Assembly: GCA_018334755.1 (NCBI GenBank)
Contig: JAGXLI010000003.1
Coordinates: forward strand, 1-63,342
DNA from: Thermoplasmatota archaeon
GTDB taxonomy: Archaea > Thermoplasmatota > Thermoplasmata > Halarchaeoplasmatales > Halarchaeoplasmataceae
Direction: 5' to 3'
DNA length: 63,342 bases
Shown here: positions 46,122-56,433 of the stretch, one piece after another
How the letters are laid out: each line of letters starts with the position of its first letter
Numbering within the stretch: position 1 is the stretch's first letter
Program-made: the position numbers and the translations under genes
The notes under the pieces: model-generated
Databases searched by the model: none
What the model was told of the DNA's origin: nothing
Seen by the model: the letters and a program-made list of their open reading frames with translations, nothing else

Positions 46122-47072
46122 TTACCTTCTCTCTAACACGTCGTGCGCGCTTTCGACTATATGTTCCGCAGTCAGGCCGTACTTTTCCATCAACTCTTCG
46201 CTCCCTCCGGATTCTCCGAAAACGTTGGGTATGCCGACCCTTTTCATGGGAACGTGATAGTTACTTTCAGATAGGACCTGGGCGATACCGCTTCCCATGC
46301 CCTGACTGACCACGTGTTCTTCAGCGGTCACTATCCCGCCGGTCTCTTTTGCAGATTCGACGATCTTGTCCTCATCTAAGGGCTTGATCGTACTCATGTT
46401 CAACACCCTAGCACCGATATCGTGCTGCTTGTCCAGTATCTCGGCGGCTTTCAAACATCTAGAAACCATTATGCCTGTACCTATCAGGGTCACGTCGTCT
46501 CCTTCCTTGACTTTGGTAGCGGTGCCGATCTCAAATGGATCGTCTTCTTCAGTTATTATGGGTACGCTTGAACGGCCCATCCTCATGTAGAACGGTCCTT
46601 CCTCTTCCGCTATAGCGAAGGTCGCTTTCCTGCTCTCGTGGAAATCTGCGGGGGCGACCACCTTCACGTTCGGTAGTACTCTCATCAGGGCTATATCTTC
46701 CAGCATCTGGTGGGAGGCTCCGTCCCCTCCTACTGTTATTCCGGCGTGGGTCGAAACTATCTTCACATCTAATTTTGGATAAGCTATACTCTGCCTGATC
46801 TGGTCGTAAGCTCTGCCCGTCGCGAAGACCGCGAAGGTGCTCGAGAAAACCGTCTTGTCCGAAAGCGCTAGACCGGCAGCAACGCCAGTCATGTTCTGTT
46901 CAGCTATCCCGACGTTGAACATCCGCTCCGGGAACTCGTCACCGAATTTCTTCAACCTGCAGGAACCCGCGAGATCGGCGCCTAGAACTACGATATCGTC
47001 CCTTTCTCTTCCCAGCTCGACCAGGGCTTCACCGTAGGCGTCTCTTTGTTTTGCCATCTCCCACACGGTCAT
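46122..47072 (-). CDS. Transketolase, C-terminal (pyrimidine-binding) subunit
   Basis: 316 aa. FNVGIAEQNMTGVAAGLA, GASHQMLEDIALMR. ATGA overlap with the N-terminal subunit gene. Confidence 0.92.
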   Translation of the reverse strand: MTVWEMAKQRDAYGEALVELGRERDDIVVLGADLAGSCRLKKFGDEFPERMFNVGIAEQNMTGVAAGLALSDKTVFSSTFAVFATGRAYDQIRQSIAYPKLDVKIVSTHAGITVGGDGASHQMLEDIALMRVLPNVKVVAPADFHESRKATFAIAEEEGPFYMRMGRSSVPIITEEDDPFEIGTATKVKEGDDVTLIGTGIMVSRCLKAAEILDKQHDIGARVLNMSTIKPLDEDKIVESAKETGGIVTAEEHVVSQGMGSGIAQVLSESNYHVPMKRVGIPNVFGESGGSEELMEKYGLTAEHIVESAHDVLERR

Positions 47073-47950
47073 TCACCTCCTTCTAGATCTTCGTCTTTTT
47101 CTCCTAGAGCTTCGAGCGCCTTCTCTAACTCCTCGTCGTTTGCGGCTTTGCCGTGGAATGCGAGTGAGCCTTCCATGAAAGGTACACCTTTACCTTTGAT
47201 GGTATGAGCTATGATTATCGTGGGCTGACCGTGAACTTCCTTTGATTTCTCTACGGCATCATATATCTGAGACATATCGTGACCCTCTATCTCTAAAACG
47301 TGCCAGCCGAATGAATTCCACTTTGAGATTATAGGTTCGATCGAGCTCACTTCTTCAGTAGAGCCGTCTATCTGTAGCATGTTCCTGTCTAAGAAGACGG
47401 TCAGATTATCCAGCTTGTTGTGACTGGAGAACATCGCGGCTTCCCAGATCTGACCTGATTGCATCTCACCGTCTCCACAGATGGCGAACACTTGGTAAGA
47501 CTCTCTGTCCAACTTTGCAGAAAGGGCCATACCGGCCGCGATGGATAAGCCCTGCCCTAATGATCCAGTTGAAGCATCCACGCCGGGCGTAGTTCTAACG
47601 TGGGGATGTCCCTGCAGCCTGGAACCCAATTGCCTCAGGGTCATCAGTTCTTCAACTGGAAAATAACCCGCTTCGGCGAGCACACCGTATAGCGCCGGGG
47701 CGGCATGTCCTTTACTCAGAGCGAGTCTGTCCCTTTTCGGCCACTCCGGTTCTTCGGGCCGGTGATCCATGATCTCGAAATATAAAGCGGTCAGTATATC
47801 CGTAGCGGAAAGAGATCCACCTGGATGACCTGAACCCGCTTCATGGGTACTCTTGACCACGTGGACTCTAACTCTCCGGGCGATCTCCTCTAATTCTTCA
47901 ACTTTTGAGTCGTCTAATGGCGGCATCTGTTCCGTTCCTCCAAAAACCAT
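47069..47950 (-). CDS. Transketolase, N-terminal (TPP-binding) subunit
   Basis: 293 aa. SGHPGGSLSATDILTALY, CGDGEMQSGQIWEAA. Confidence 0.92.
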   Translation of the reverse strand: MVFGGTEQMPPLDDSKVEELEEIARRVRVHVVKSTHEAGSGHPGGSLSATDILTALYFEIMDHRPEEPEWPKRDRLALSKGHAAPALYGVLAEAGYFPVEELMTLRQLGSRLQGHPHVRTTPGVDASTGSLGQGLSIAAGMALSAKLDRESYQVFAICGDGEMQSGQIWEAAMFSSHNKLDNLTVFLDRNMLQIDGSTEEVSSIEPIISKWNSFGWHVLEIEGHDMSQIYDAVEKSKEVHGQPTIIIAHTIKGKGVPFMEGSLAFHGKAANDEELEKALEALGEKDEDLEGGE

Positions 47951-47976
47951 CTTGTCTTTTCGACCGGGTAAATAAA

Positions 47977-48612
47977 CTAAGAGTTATTATCTTTTTCGGG
48001 GAGGATATACGCCTCGCCATCTTCTAACACGACTTTTCTTTCTGCGATAGCCCCGACCACCGCCGGCAGCAATTCATGCTCTTTTTCTTTGACCCTTTCC
48101 GCTAGACTATGTGGATCATCGTCCTTCTTCACCGGCACACATCTTTGGTCTATTATCGGTCCTCCGTCGACTTCAGACGTGACGAAATGGACCGAACATC
48201 CGCTTCTTTTCATCCCGGCTTCTAGGACATTTCGGTGTACCTTTTCCCCGTACATACCTTCTCCTCCGAACAGGGGAAGAAGAGCGGGATGGATGTTTAT
48301 CAACTTTCCCTGATATCTCTCCACGAATTCGTCAGTCAAGATCCTCATGTATCCCGCCAGCACTATCAAGTCTGGATCGTTTTCTTCTAAAATTTCTATG
48401 ATCTCGCTCTCATGTTCGGTCCTGCTCTTACCTTCGTGATCGATTATCGAGTGATCTATATCGTGCTTTTTTGCCCTTTCAACGCAGTAAGCATCCGGAT
48501 TGTCCGTGATCAGGAGCGTCACTTTTGCGTTAATCTCCCCCGATTCGCTGGCATCTATTATCGACTGGAAATCGGTCCCGCCTCCAGACGCCATCACTGC
48601 TACATCTATCAT
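47977..48612 (-). CDS. purN: Phosphoribosylglycinamide formyltransferase
   Basis: 211 aa. MASGGGTDFQSI, LAGYMRIL, INIHPALLP, SVHFVTSEVDGGPII. Confidence 0.9.
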   Translation of the reverse strand: MIDVAVMASGGGTDFQSIIDASESGEINAKVTLLITDNPDAYCVERAKKHDIDHSIIDHEGKSRTEHESEIIEILEENDPDLIVLAGYMRILTDEFVERYQGKLINIHPALLPLFGGEGMYGEKVHRNVLEAGMKRSGCSVHFVTSEVDGGPIIDQRCVPVKKDDDPHSLAERVKEKEHELLPAVVGAIAERKVVLEDGEAYILPEKDNNS

Positions 48613-48761
48613 ATTACCGCTGTATCAATAACTCTATCAGATAAAAAATATTCGGATTTCCGTGGAAAAGAGAAAAAACTTATTAGGTTAGTAACAAATT
48701 ACTATCTTACTCTTCAGGCGGTTGATTTCGATAGAAAATAACCCAGAAGATCAAAATAGAG

Positions 48762-51755
48762 GTGGAAAAAGTGAAGGTGCTATATGTAGATGATGATTCG
48801 AAGTTTAGAGAGCAGGTTAAAACACGGTTAGAAAAGTCAGATTATCCTTTTGAGGTAAGTACTTCTTCCGTTGAGAGGACTCTTCAAGACTTGGAAGAAG
48901 AAGATCATGATGCTATCGTTTTTGCTCTCGAGACAGGGGACAAAGATGGTGTGGAGTTTTTGGAAGAAGTAAGAGAAAAAAGTGATAATATCCCGTTCAT
49001 CTTGTTCACCAGCAAAGAGAGAGAAGAGATCACGAAGAAAGCATTCGAACTGGGCGTCGACAGGTATGTCAGGAAGACCGGAGAAGGTCCGGGTGAGTTC
49101 GATTTTCTCGCCCAAGCGATAGCTCAAGAGGTGAAACATTTTTCCACAAAAGATGAGAAAAAGCTGCAGGAGGCCTATTTTGAACAACTTTTTGAAAACT
49201 CGCCCGAAGGCATAGTGCTTTTAGATGCTGACGACCGTGTAATAGACGTTAACGAGAGCTTTGAAAGTATCTTCGGTTATGAGAGAGATGATATCAAAGG
49301 GGAACACATAAACGATCTGATAGTCCCTGAAGATAAACAAGACGAGGCGACCTCGTTATCAGAATCAGTACTCTCGGGGGACGAGAGGAAAAAGGAGACA
49401 GTGAGGAAAAGGAAAGACGGGAGTAGAGTGACGGTTTCGACATTGGGATACCCGATAGAGATCGACGGGGAACTCGTAGGTGTCTTCGGGATCTACCGGG
49501 ATATAACCCAGCAGAAGAAAAGAGAGGAGAAGATAAAAGAGCTGTACAAAACCGCGATAAAGATGGAGAAGTGCGAATCAGAAGATGAAGCCATCGAGAT
49601 CGCTATGGACTCAGCAAAAGAGATACTGGATTTTAAGGCTAGTAGTTTCCTGATCGCTGAAGATGGGAACTTCGTCGTTCGAGCGACGATAGCAAAGAAC
49701 CTAGAAGTTGGAGATAAGATATCTATCGATAGAGGGATCGCCGGACGTACATACCGGGAAAAAGAATCTCAATTTATCGACGACTTATCAGAAGCTGAAG
49801 AAGCTGAACCTACGGATTCGAATTTTGAATCGCTGATCAGCATCCCGGTAGGAGAGGAAGGCGTCTTCCAAGCACTCTCCTACCAAAAGGAGTACTTCGA
49901 TGAATTCGATATGGAGATGGCTGAAACTCTCATATCTCACACGACTCAGGTTCTAGAGAGGATAAGGAGCGAAGAACGTCTCAAAAAAAGAGAAGAGAAG
50001 TACAGGGCTATCTTCGAATCAGCGAACGATGCTATTTTCACCATGAAGGATTACAAGTTCGTTGACTGTAATAAAAAGACAGAGGAAATATTTGAAGTCG
50101 AATCGGATGAGATCTTAAATGAACATCCTTGGAAATTTTCACCTGAAGAACAGCCCGATGGGAGAAGCTCGGAGGAAAAGGCGAAGGAAAAGATCGACAA
50201 GGCACGGGAAGAAGGACCACAATTCTTTGAATGGGTTCATGAAAAGGCCGATGGGACTCCCATTGAAACCGAAGTCAGTCTGAATAAGTACGAGATGGGT
50301 GAAGAAGAATATGTGATGGCGGTCGTCAGAGATATAACCGAGAGGAAAAAAACGAAGAGGGCCTTGAAAGAAAGCAAAGAAAAGATCGAGAAACTTCACA
50401 AGATTGCAGCGGAGTTAGAAGAATGCAAGGAAGAAGATGAGGTATATGAGCTTACTGCAGAAGCAGCGAGAGAGATCTTAGATTTCCATGACTTTACATT
50501 GGCGAGAGCGGATGAAGAGAATGAAGTATTTGTGGTGAAAAAGACTTTGAAAGGAGAGTACGAAAACGAAGATAGGTTACCGTTTGACACTGGATATCTC
50601 GGTAAGACCTACCATGAACGAAGATCCTATCTCGTGAAAAATTTACTAGAGGACGAGATCGCCGAGCCGTCTAGCGAGGATTATATGTCCGCGATAAGCG
50701 TCCCCGTAGGGGACATCGGAGTGTTTCAGGCGATGTCCGAGGAAGTGGCCGGCTTTAAAGAGGAAGATCTCGAACTAGCGGAAACTCTTCTATCACATAC
50801 TAACCAAGTCTTAAAAAGGATCAAGAGCGAAAGACAACTTAGAGAAAGGGAACAGCGATTCAGAAATATCTTTGATCACGCATTGGTTGGGATCTACAGA
50901 ACCACGCCGGATGGAGAACTTCTCACGGCGAATCCTAAGGTCGCGGAGATGATGGGATATGACTCCGTAGAGGAATTAAAATCTAAAGAGCTCTCGGAGA
51001 TAGCGGATACGATAGATTATTCTAGAGAGGAATTTAAGGAGATCATGGAGAAGGAAGGAAGAGTCGAGGGATTCAGAGGGAAACATAGATTACCGGATGG
51101 TACCATCCTTCACACCATAGAGAATGCAGTCGCGGTCCGTGACGAAAACGGGGAGATAAAGTACTATGACGGAACCATGCAGGATATCACAGAATTGAAA
51201 AAGACCCGGGAGAAACTCGAGGAAAGTGAGAAAAAATACCGGGCGATATTTGAGAATACTGGAACAGCCATGTTGATAATAGATGAAGAATTCACTATCT
51301 CGCTAACAAACAGAAAATTCGAGAAGTTGATCGGTCTCTTTGAAGGCAGCGTCGAGGGTAAATCGTTTAAGGATTACATAGTCGAAGAGGACCTGGAGAG
51401 GATAAAGCGTTATCATGAACTGCGTAGAGAGGATAACAGTACTGTGCCGAATGAGTATGATTTTCAGATGGTCACGGAGCAGGGAGACATCAAGGATATC
51501 CATATAACCGTGAATATGATCCCCGAGACAGAGAAAAGCGTAGCCTCACTCATGGATATCACCGAAAAAAAGAAGATAAAGAAAAAGAAAGATCACTATG
51601 GTTCTCTGCTGAAAGAGGTAGAGGACAACCTGGATATCCTGGAGGGATACACGGAAACGCTCGCTCGGAAGGAACTTGACGAAGAGGGAAAGGAACAGAT
51701 CGAAAAGATAGAGAAGATGATAAACAAAAATAAAAGACTGATAGAAAATATCTGA
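48762..51755 (+). CDS. Multidomain signalling protein: degenerate receiver-(PAS-GAF)x2-PAS-PAS-DHp-like helix, no HATPase domain
   Basis: 997 aa, GTG start. REC fold (VLYVDDD ... FILFTSK ... YVRK). Four PAS segments, each ending (R)DIT(E/Q)xKK. Two GAF segments (ISIPVGEEGVFQALS; ISVPVGDIGVFQAMS). The C-terminus DHYGSLLKEVEDNLDILEGYTETL resembles an H-box/DHp helix and the ORF then stops. Confidence 0.85.
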   Translation: MEKVKVLYVDDDSKFREQVKTRLEKSDYPFEVSTSSVERTLQDLEEEDHDAIVFALETGDKDGVEFLEEVREKSDNIPFILFTSKEREEITKKAFELGVDRYVRKTGEGPGEFDFLAQAIAQEVKHFSTKDEKKLQEAYFEQLFENSPEGIVLLDADDRVIDVNESFESIFGYERDDIKGEHINDLIVPEDKQDEATSLSESVLSGDERKKETVRKRKDGSRVTVSTLGYPIEIDGELVGVFGIYRDITQQKKREEKIKELYKTAIKMEKCESEDEAIEIAMDSAKEILDFKASSFLIAEDGNFVVRATIAKNLEVGDKISIDRGIAGRTYREKESQFIDDLSEAEEAEPTDSNFESLISIPVGEEGVFQALSYQKEYFDEFDMEMAETLISHTTQVLERIRSEERLKKREEKYRAIFESANDAIFTMKDYKFVDCNKKTEEIFEVESDEILNEHPWKFSPEEQPDGRSSEEKAKEKIDKAREEGPQFFEWVHEKADGTPIETEVSLNKYEMGEEEYVMAVVRDITERKKTKRALKESKEKIEKLHKIAAELEECKEEDEVYELTAEAAREILDFHDFTLARADEENEVFVVKKTLKGEYENEDRLPFDTGYLGKTYHERRSYLVKNLLEDEIAEPSSEDYMSAISVPVGDIGVFQAMSEEVAGFKEEDLELAETLLSHTNQVLKRIKSERQLREREQRFRNIFDHALVGIYRTTPDGELLTANPKVAEMMGYDSVEELKSKELSEIADTIDYSREEFKEIMEKEGRVEGFRGKHRLPDGTILHTIENAVAVRDENGEIKYYDGTMQDITELKKTREKLEESEKKYRAIFENTGTAMLIIDEEFTISLTNRKFEKLIGLFEGSVEGKSFKDYIVEEDLERIKRYHELRREDNSTVPNEYDFQMVTEQGDIKDIHITVNMIPETEKSVASLMDITEKKKIKKKKDHYGSLLKEVEDNLDILEGYTETLARKELDEEGKEQIEKIEKMINKNKRLIENI

Positions 51756-51822
51756 TCCTTCGGATTCTGGGAAAACCTTTTTTATAAGGCTTTTTTCCTG
51801 CCTTATGGCCGATGATACAACT

Positions 51823-51907
51823 GCGGGGATAGCCAAGAGGTCAACGGCGAAGGATTGCTAATCCTTTGTCCCATAGGGACACGCGGGTTCAAATCCCGCT
51901 CCCCGCG
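51823..51907 (+). tRNA. tRNA-Ser (anticodon GCU)
   Basis: Acceptor GCGGGGA/TCCCCGC with G73. Anticodon stem AAGGA/TCCTT with loop TTGCTAA. Long variable arm GTCCC-ATA-GGGAC. T arm GCGGG-TTCAAAT-CCCGC. CCA not encoded. Confidence 0.93.
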
Positions 51908-51924
51908 CTCAAGTATTCGCGCTC

Positions 51925-53424
51925 TTACGATCTGCTAAACTCGAAACTCAACAGTTTTCTAAGCTTCTTTTTCTTGTACAGCGACGGATTGAAGAGGACT
52001 ATAGCCGTGAACACTTCGAGTCTCCCTATCCACATGAATATCGCCATGAACAATCTCCCGCTGACCGGGATCGCCCTGAAATCACTCGCTACAAGGCCTA
52101 GACCCGGACCTACATTACCCAAACTGGTCGCAGAAGCGGCGAAGGCGGATATCATGTCCAGGCCCAAAGCTACCAGGATGAATGCTCCCACTGCGAATAT
52201 CAGAAGGTAGGCGCAGAAGAACATAGCAACAGTTTCTAAGGTCTTTTCGTCGACTACAGAATCGCCCATCCTCACCACTAAAACTCTCCTTGGATTGATG
52301 AATTCTTTTAACTTTCTTTTCACCATCTTGAATATAAGAAGAATCCTTAATACCTTCATACCTCCCCCAGTCGATCCGGCTGAACCCCCGATGAACATGA
52401 GCATAAGAAGCAGCATCCTGAATAACTCGGGCCAGGCATCGAAAGCGGCGGTAGTATAACCCGTCGTGGTCACCACCGACACAGTTTGGAACAAAGCATC
52501 CCTTAACGGTATCTCCGCCGGAGCGCCAAGAAAAGTGATTATGGCCGTCGCGCCTATTATTATCCCTAAGTACGTCCTGAACTCCGAGTTCTTTAAGACC
52601 TTTTTGAAATTGCCGTGGAACGCCTGGTAGTGTAAAGAGAAATTGACCCCGGCGATTATCATGAACGGGATGAAGATCCACTGAATAGTAGATGAAAAAT
52701 AGGCGACGCTGTTCGTGTGTGGTGAAAAACCTCCGGTGGGCATCGTGGTAAAGGAGTGATATACCGCATCGTATAGACTAACTCTTGCCCCGAGTAGTAT
52801 TATAACCAGCATCAATGTAAAGAGACAGTAAATATACCAGAGAGTTTTAGCGGTCTCTTTTATCTTCGGTTTCAAACGGGTTATGGTGGGTCCTGGAGCT
52901 TCCGCCTCTAACAGGCTTAAACCGCCGCTGCTGAGTTTGGTGAGTATAGCGACGGAGAGTACGATGATCCCCATACCTCCTAGCCACTGCAGGAGAGCGC
53001 GCCAGAGCATGATACTTTTAGCGTACTCGTTCAGAGGAAAAGATAGAACCGTAGCTCCGGTCGTGGTGAGACCTGACATCGCCTCGAAAAAAGCATCGAT
53101 AGGGGATGAAAGGGTGGAGGTCATCAGGAATGGAACTGAGGATATTAGAGCTAAAATTATCCAGGTGAAGCTGACCAGGACGATCGCCTCATTGTTGTAG
53201 AAGTCTTCAGGTCTCCCGAAGGTCTGAGCGGGGTAACCGAGAGTTATCGTAAAGGAGGCCATGAACAAGAAGACTAGAGCGTTATAGGGTAAAAAACCGA
53301 AGATGATGGGTGCTTCGAAATACCAGACTGCAGGGATAACGGGGACGAAGAAGGCGAGGCCGAAGATCTTGAGGATAGAACCTAAGTTTCCGATGACGAC
53401 CTTCCATCTCATCTTAGAATACAT
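51925..53424 (-). CDS. trkH: TrkH-type potassium uptake membrane subunit
   Basis: 499 aa polytopic protein with repeated pore-loop motifs (MSGLTTTGATV, VVTTTGYTT, GSAGSTGGGMKV, ATSLGNVGPGLG). Confidence 0.9.
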   Translation of the reverse strand: MYSKMRWKVVIGNLGSILKIFGLAFFVPVIPAVWYFEAPIIFGFLPYNALVFLFMASFTITLGYPAQTFGRPEDFYNNEAIVLVSFTWIILALISSVPFLMTSTLSSPIDAFFEAMSGLTTTGATVLSFPLNEYAKSIMLWRALLQWLGGMGIIVLSVAILTKLSSGGLSLLEAEAPGPTITRLKPKIKETAKTLWYIYCLFTLMLVIILLGARVSLYDAVYHSFTTMPTGGFSPHTNSVAYFSSTIQWIFIPFMIIAGVNFSLHYQAFHGNFKKVLKNSEFRTYLGIIIGATAIITFLGAPAEIPLRDALFQTVSVVTTTGYTTAAFDAWPELFRMLLLMLMFIGGSAGSTGGGMKVLRILLIFKMVKRKLKEFINPRRVLVVRMGDSVVDEKTLETVAMFFCAYLLIFAVGAFILVALGLDMISAFAASATSLGNVGPGLGLVASDFRAIPVSGRLFMAIFMWIGRLEVFTAIVLFNPSLYKKKKLRKLLSFEFSRS

Positions 53425-54739
53425 CCTCCACGGCGTTTATCTCTTCCTTCAAGACAAACGTCAGCACTTCGTCCCCTTCCTTGAATTTTTCATCGCCATG
53501 TGGGATTATGGTTTTCCCCTCCCTTATTATGGCCCCAACAATGCTTTCTGGAGGTAGATTGCTTTCAGCTAGAGTTTTTCCACTGACCGGTGAATCCTCT
53601 TCGACGACCATCTCTAGGATGTAGATGTCTCCGCCGTGCACCGGTATCGCCTTTAAGGGGTTCAGTTCTCTAGCAAGCCTCAGCATCGCGTTCGCCGTCT
53701 GAAGTTCTGGAGAGGCGGCTAGATCGATACCTACAGTCTCTATAAGAGATTTAACACCCAGTTCTCTCACTATTGCGATCGTTTTTTCTACCCCGTATAC
53801 TTTCGCCAAAAGGGAAACGAGAACATTGTATTCTTCTGAGTTTGATGTGGATGCCAAAGCGTCCATCCTAAGGATGCCTTCCTCGATCAAAACGTTCTTA
53901 TCCCTAGCATCCGCGTTCAAAACCTCAACATCCTTCAGTTTTTCCGCCGCAGCCCTCCCTCTCTTCTTGGAGTTATCTATTATCTTCACGTCCACTCCTC
54001 TTTTATCGAGTTTCTTTGCCACTTCGATACCTATCGAGGTGGCACCGACGACCATGACCCTGTTGACTTTGTTCTTCGCCCCGAGAAGTTTTAACATCTT
54101 TTTCTCCGGTTTCCTTCCCCCGACCATCACGATCAAAGTGTCCTCCTCTTTTATAGTATCGTCGCCTCCAGGAACTATCACGTCGTTTCCCCTTATGATA
54201 GCTCCCAGGTTGACCTTTGGCGGGAGATCTATATCTTTTATCTTTTTATTCTTTATTTTAGAGTTTGCTAGGACTTTGAATTCTACTACCTCTATTTTCC
54301 CTCCCATGGAGATATTCCTGCCTATCGCAGAAGGTACGGTTATGATATCGACTATTTTTTCCGCTATCAGTAGTTCCGGCGAGATCGCATAATCGACGCC
54401 GATCTTAGTGAACCTTCGGGAAACCTCTTGAGAGATGTACTCGAGACCGTTCACCCGTGCCATGGTTTTGCAGCCCGCTGATTTAGCGATCGAACACGCC
54501 ACCAAGTTGACCTCGTTGTTGTTGGTGACCGCGAAAAAATACTCCGAACCCTTGATATCTAGTGAATTCAACAGCTGGGGGCGAACTCCGTTACCCTTTA
54601 CGACTTTCACATCTAAACTTCTCGCTTTCCGACAGGCTTCTTTGGATTTGTCTACAACTATAACGTCGTGTCCTTTTCGCCTGATGGACTCCGCTAATTC
54701 TCTTCCTACTTCCCCCGCACCTACTATTATGACCTTCAT
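53414..54739 (-). CDS. trkA: TrkA potassium uptake NAD-binding subunit (two RCK modules)
   Basis: MKVIIVGAGEVGRELA and VMVVGATSIGIEVA Rossmann motifs. Overlaps the trkH start. Confidence 0.9.
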   Translation of the reverse strand: MKVIIVGAGEVGRELAESIRRKGHDVIVVDKSKEACRKARSLDVKVVKGNGVRPQLLNSLDIKGSEYFFAVTNNNEVNLVACSIAKSAGCKTMARVNGLEYISQEVSRRFTKIGVDYAISPELLIAEKIVDIITVPSAIGRNISMGGKIEVVEFKVLANSKIKNKKIKDIDLPPKVNLGAIIRGNDVIVPGGDDTIKEEDTLIVMVGGRKPEKKMLKLLGAKNKVNRVMVVGATSIGIEVAKKLDKRGVDVKIIDNSKKRGRAAAEKLKDVEVLNADARDKNVLIEEGILRMDALASTSNSEEYNVLVSLLAKVYGVEKTIAIVRELGVKSLIETVGIDLAASPELQTANAMLRLARELNPLKAIPVHGGDIYILEMVVEEDSPVSGKTLAESNLPPESIVGAIIREGKTIIPHGDEKFKEGDEVLTFVLKEEINAVEDVF

Positions 54740-54760
54740 CTTACACACCTAGAATAAAAA

Positions 54761-55042
54761 CTAAAGAAGTTTGTTGAGTAGTTTCTCGTGCTTTCTCACC
54801 TCTACTTCGTCTTCTTCCTCGACTCCCAGCTTTTTCCTGTCTTTGACTCTTATACTTATATTATCTTCCTCTATCATCTCATCCGAGTAGGCGGAGACGA
54901 GTACGTCCTTGTTTTTTGAACTTACGACGATCAAATCGCCGTCTTCCATATCCAGATCTTCTATAATGCTATTATTGACTCTCACTCTTCCTCCGGATTC
55001 CACTGGACTCTTCTTGACCTTTAAAGTAATTTCCTCCTTCAT
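54761..55042 (-). CDS. Stand-alone Cdc48/VAT N-terminal-like (double-psi beta-barrel) domain protein
   Basis: 93 aa. LKVKKSPVESGGRVRVNNSIIEDLDMEDGDLIVV ... ISIRVKDRKKLGVEEEDEVEV resembles the VAT-N substrate-recognition subdomain by eye. Confidence 0.5.
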   Translation of the reverse strand: MKEEITLKVKKSPVESGGRVRVNNSIIEDLDMEDGDLIVVSSKNKDVLVSAYSDEMIEEDNISIRVKDRKKLGVEEEDEVEVRKHEKLLNKLL

Positions 55043-55184
55043 CTGACATTCTAATAGAGATTTTTTAAATATATTATTTTTGGACAGAAGCGATCATGAT
55101 AGACGAAACAAATCATCGATCATGATGATCCGCTTTTGGAAAATCTTAAATCTAAACACCCTTTTTGTGGGATAGTGGATCGAC

Positions 55185-56144
55185 ATGAAGCATAACTTGG
55201 CCGATAGATTGTTGGATGCCGTGGATGAGAAAAAGAATCCTTCTGTCGTCGGATTAGACCCCCGACTCTGGAGGATACCGGATCATCTTAAGGAGGACGC
55301 GAAAGAGAGTACCGATGACGCCTTTAAAGCTGCTGGAGAAGCGATATTTGAGTTCAATAAGGGGATAATAGATGCTGTCCATGACATAGTTCCCTCGGTG
55401 AAGCCTCAGGTCGCCTTCTACGAAAAATACGGTGTCGAAGGCATCAGAGCTTTCAAGAAGACTATCGAGTATGCTGAAGATAAAGGATTGATAGTGATAG
55501 AGGACGTGAAAAGGAACGATATCGGGAGTACGGCCAAAGCTTACGCGTCCGCGCATCTCGGCGAGGTGGATATGATAGACGGGAACACGGTCTCGTTCGA
55601 TGGAGACATTGTGACGGTCAACCCTTACCTGGGATATGACGGGATAGAGCCCTTCGTTGAAGTCTGCGGGGAGTACGGCAAAGGCATCTTTGTTTTAGAT
55701 AAGACTTCGAATCCCTCGTCTAGCGAACTTCAGGACCTGGTTACCGAAGATGAAAATAAGATATATGAAGTTATGGCCGACCTGATCAGCGACTGGGGTG
55801 AGCAGTTGATAGGTGAAAGAGGTTATTCGTCTGTAGGAGCGGTGGTGGGAGCGACCTATCCCGAAGAGGCTGAAAAGCTACGAGAGATCATGGAGAACAA
55901 TCTGTTCTTGGTGCCCGGTTACGGGTCCCAGGGAGGTACCGCCGACGAGGTGATACCGTGCTTCAACGATGACGGTTACGGCGCCATAGTGAACTCTTCG
56001 AGAGGTATCGACTACGCCTACGAGGACGACGACGAATTCGGTCCGAAGGAATTCGATAAGGCTTCTAGGAAAGCGGCTTTAGAGATGAAAGACGATATAA
56101 TGAAGTCGCTGGAAAAAGGCGAGAAAGTTCCGGACGGTTGGTGA
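55185..56144 (+). CDS. pyrF: Orotidine 5'-phosphate decarboxylase, type 2
   Basis: 319 aa. VVGLDP, VKPQVAFYE, EDVKRNDIGST, VPGYGSQGGT. Confidence 0.88.
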   Translation: MKHNLADRLLDAVDEKKNPSVVGLDPRLWRIPDHLKEDAKESTDDAFKAAGEAIFEFNKGIIDAVHDIVPSVKPQVAFYEKYGVEGIRAFKKTIEYAEDKGLIVIEDVKRNDIGSTAKAYASAHLGEVDMIDGNTVSFDGDIVTVNPYLGYDGIEPFVEVCGEYGKGIFVLDKTSNPSSSELQDLVTEDENKIYEVMADLISDWGEQLIGERGYSSVGAVVGATYPEEAEKLREIMENNLFLVPGYGSQGGTADEVIPCFNDDGYGAIVNSSRGIDYAYEDDDEFGPKEFDKASRKAALEMKDDIMKSLEKGEKVPDGW

Positions 56145-56433
56145 TATATCAAAAAGTATACTAACTATGGAATCATAGATACAAACAAAGATGGATTAGG
56201 CATACTTAGAAGTAGATTTAAAACAAATATGGCTTGATTAATGATGTTCATAATTTCAATGATTATCATATATCGGCTTTAGTAAAAACCTCTCAATAGG
56301 GACGGATAATAGGTTATTTAGAAAAAATGTGTTGTTATCCTTTTGAAAAGGTGATTATTATAACTGTAGATCGCCTAAAACAAAGTTTTTCTACTGAGCC
56401 CTTTAAAAAAAATATTAATATCGCTTATTTATA

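Noticed and set aside
51866-52210. 114-aa plus-strand ORF
   Set aside because: It starts inside tRNA-Ser and runs antisense into trkH, so it is not coding.
55091-55135. C-box-like ATGATGA (55122-55128) and GATCATGATC palindromes upstream of pyrF, considered as a C/D box sRNA
   Set aside because: There is no D box (CTGA) at a suitable distance and no terminal stem. It is more likely promoter or operator sequence in a divergent intergenic region, and the evidence is too thin to call.
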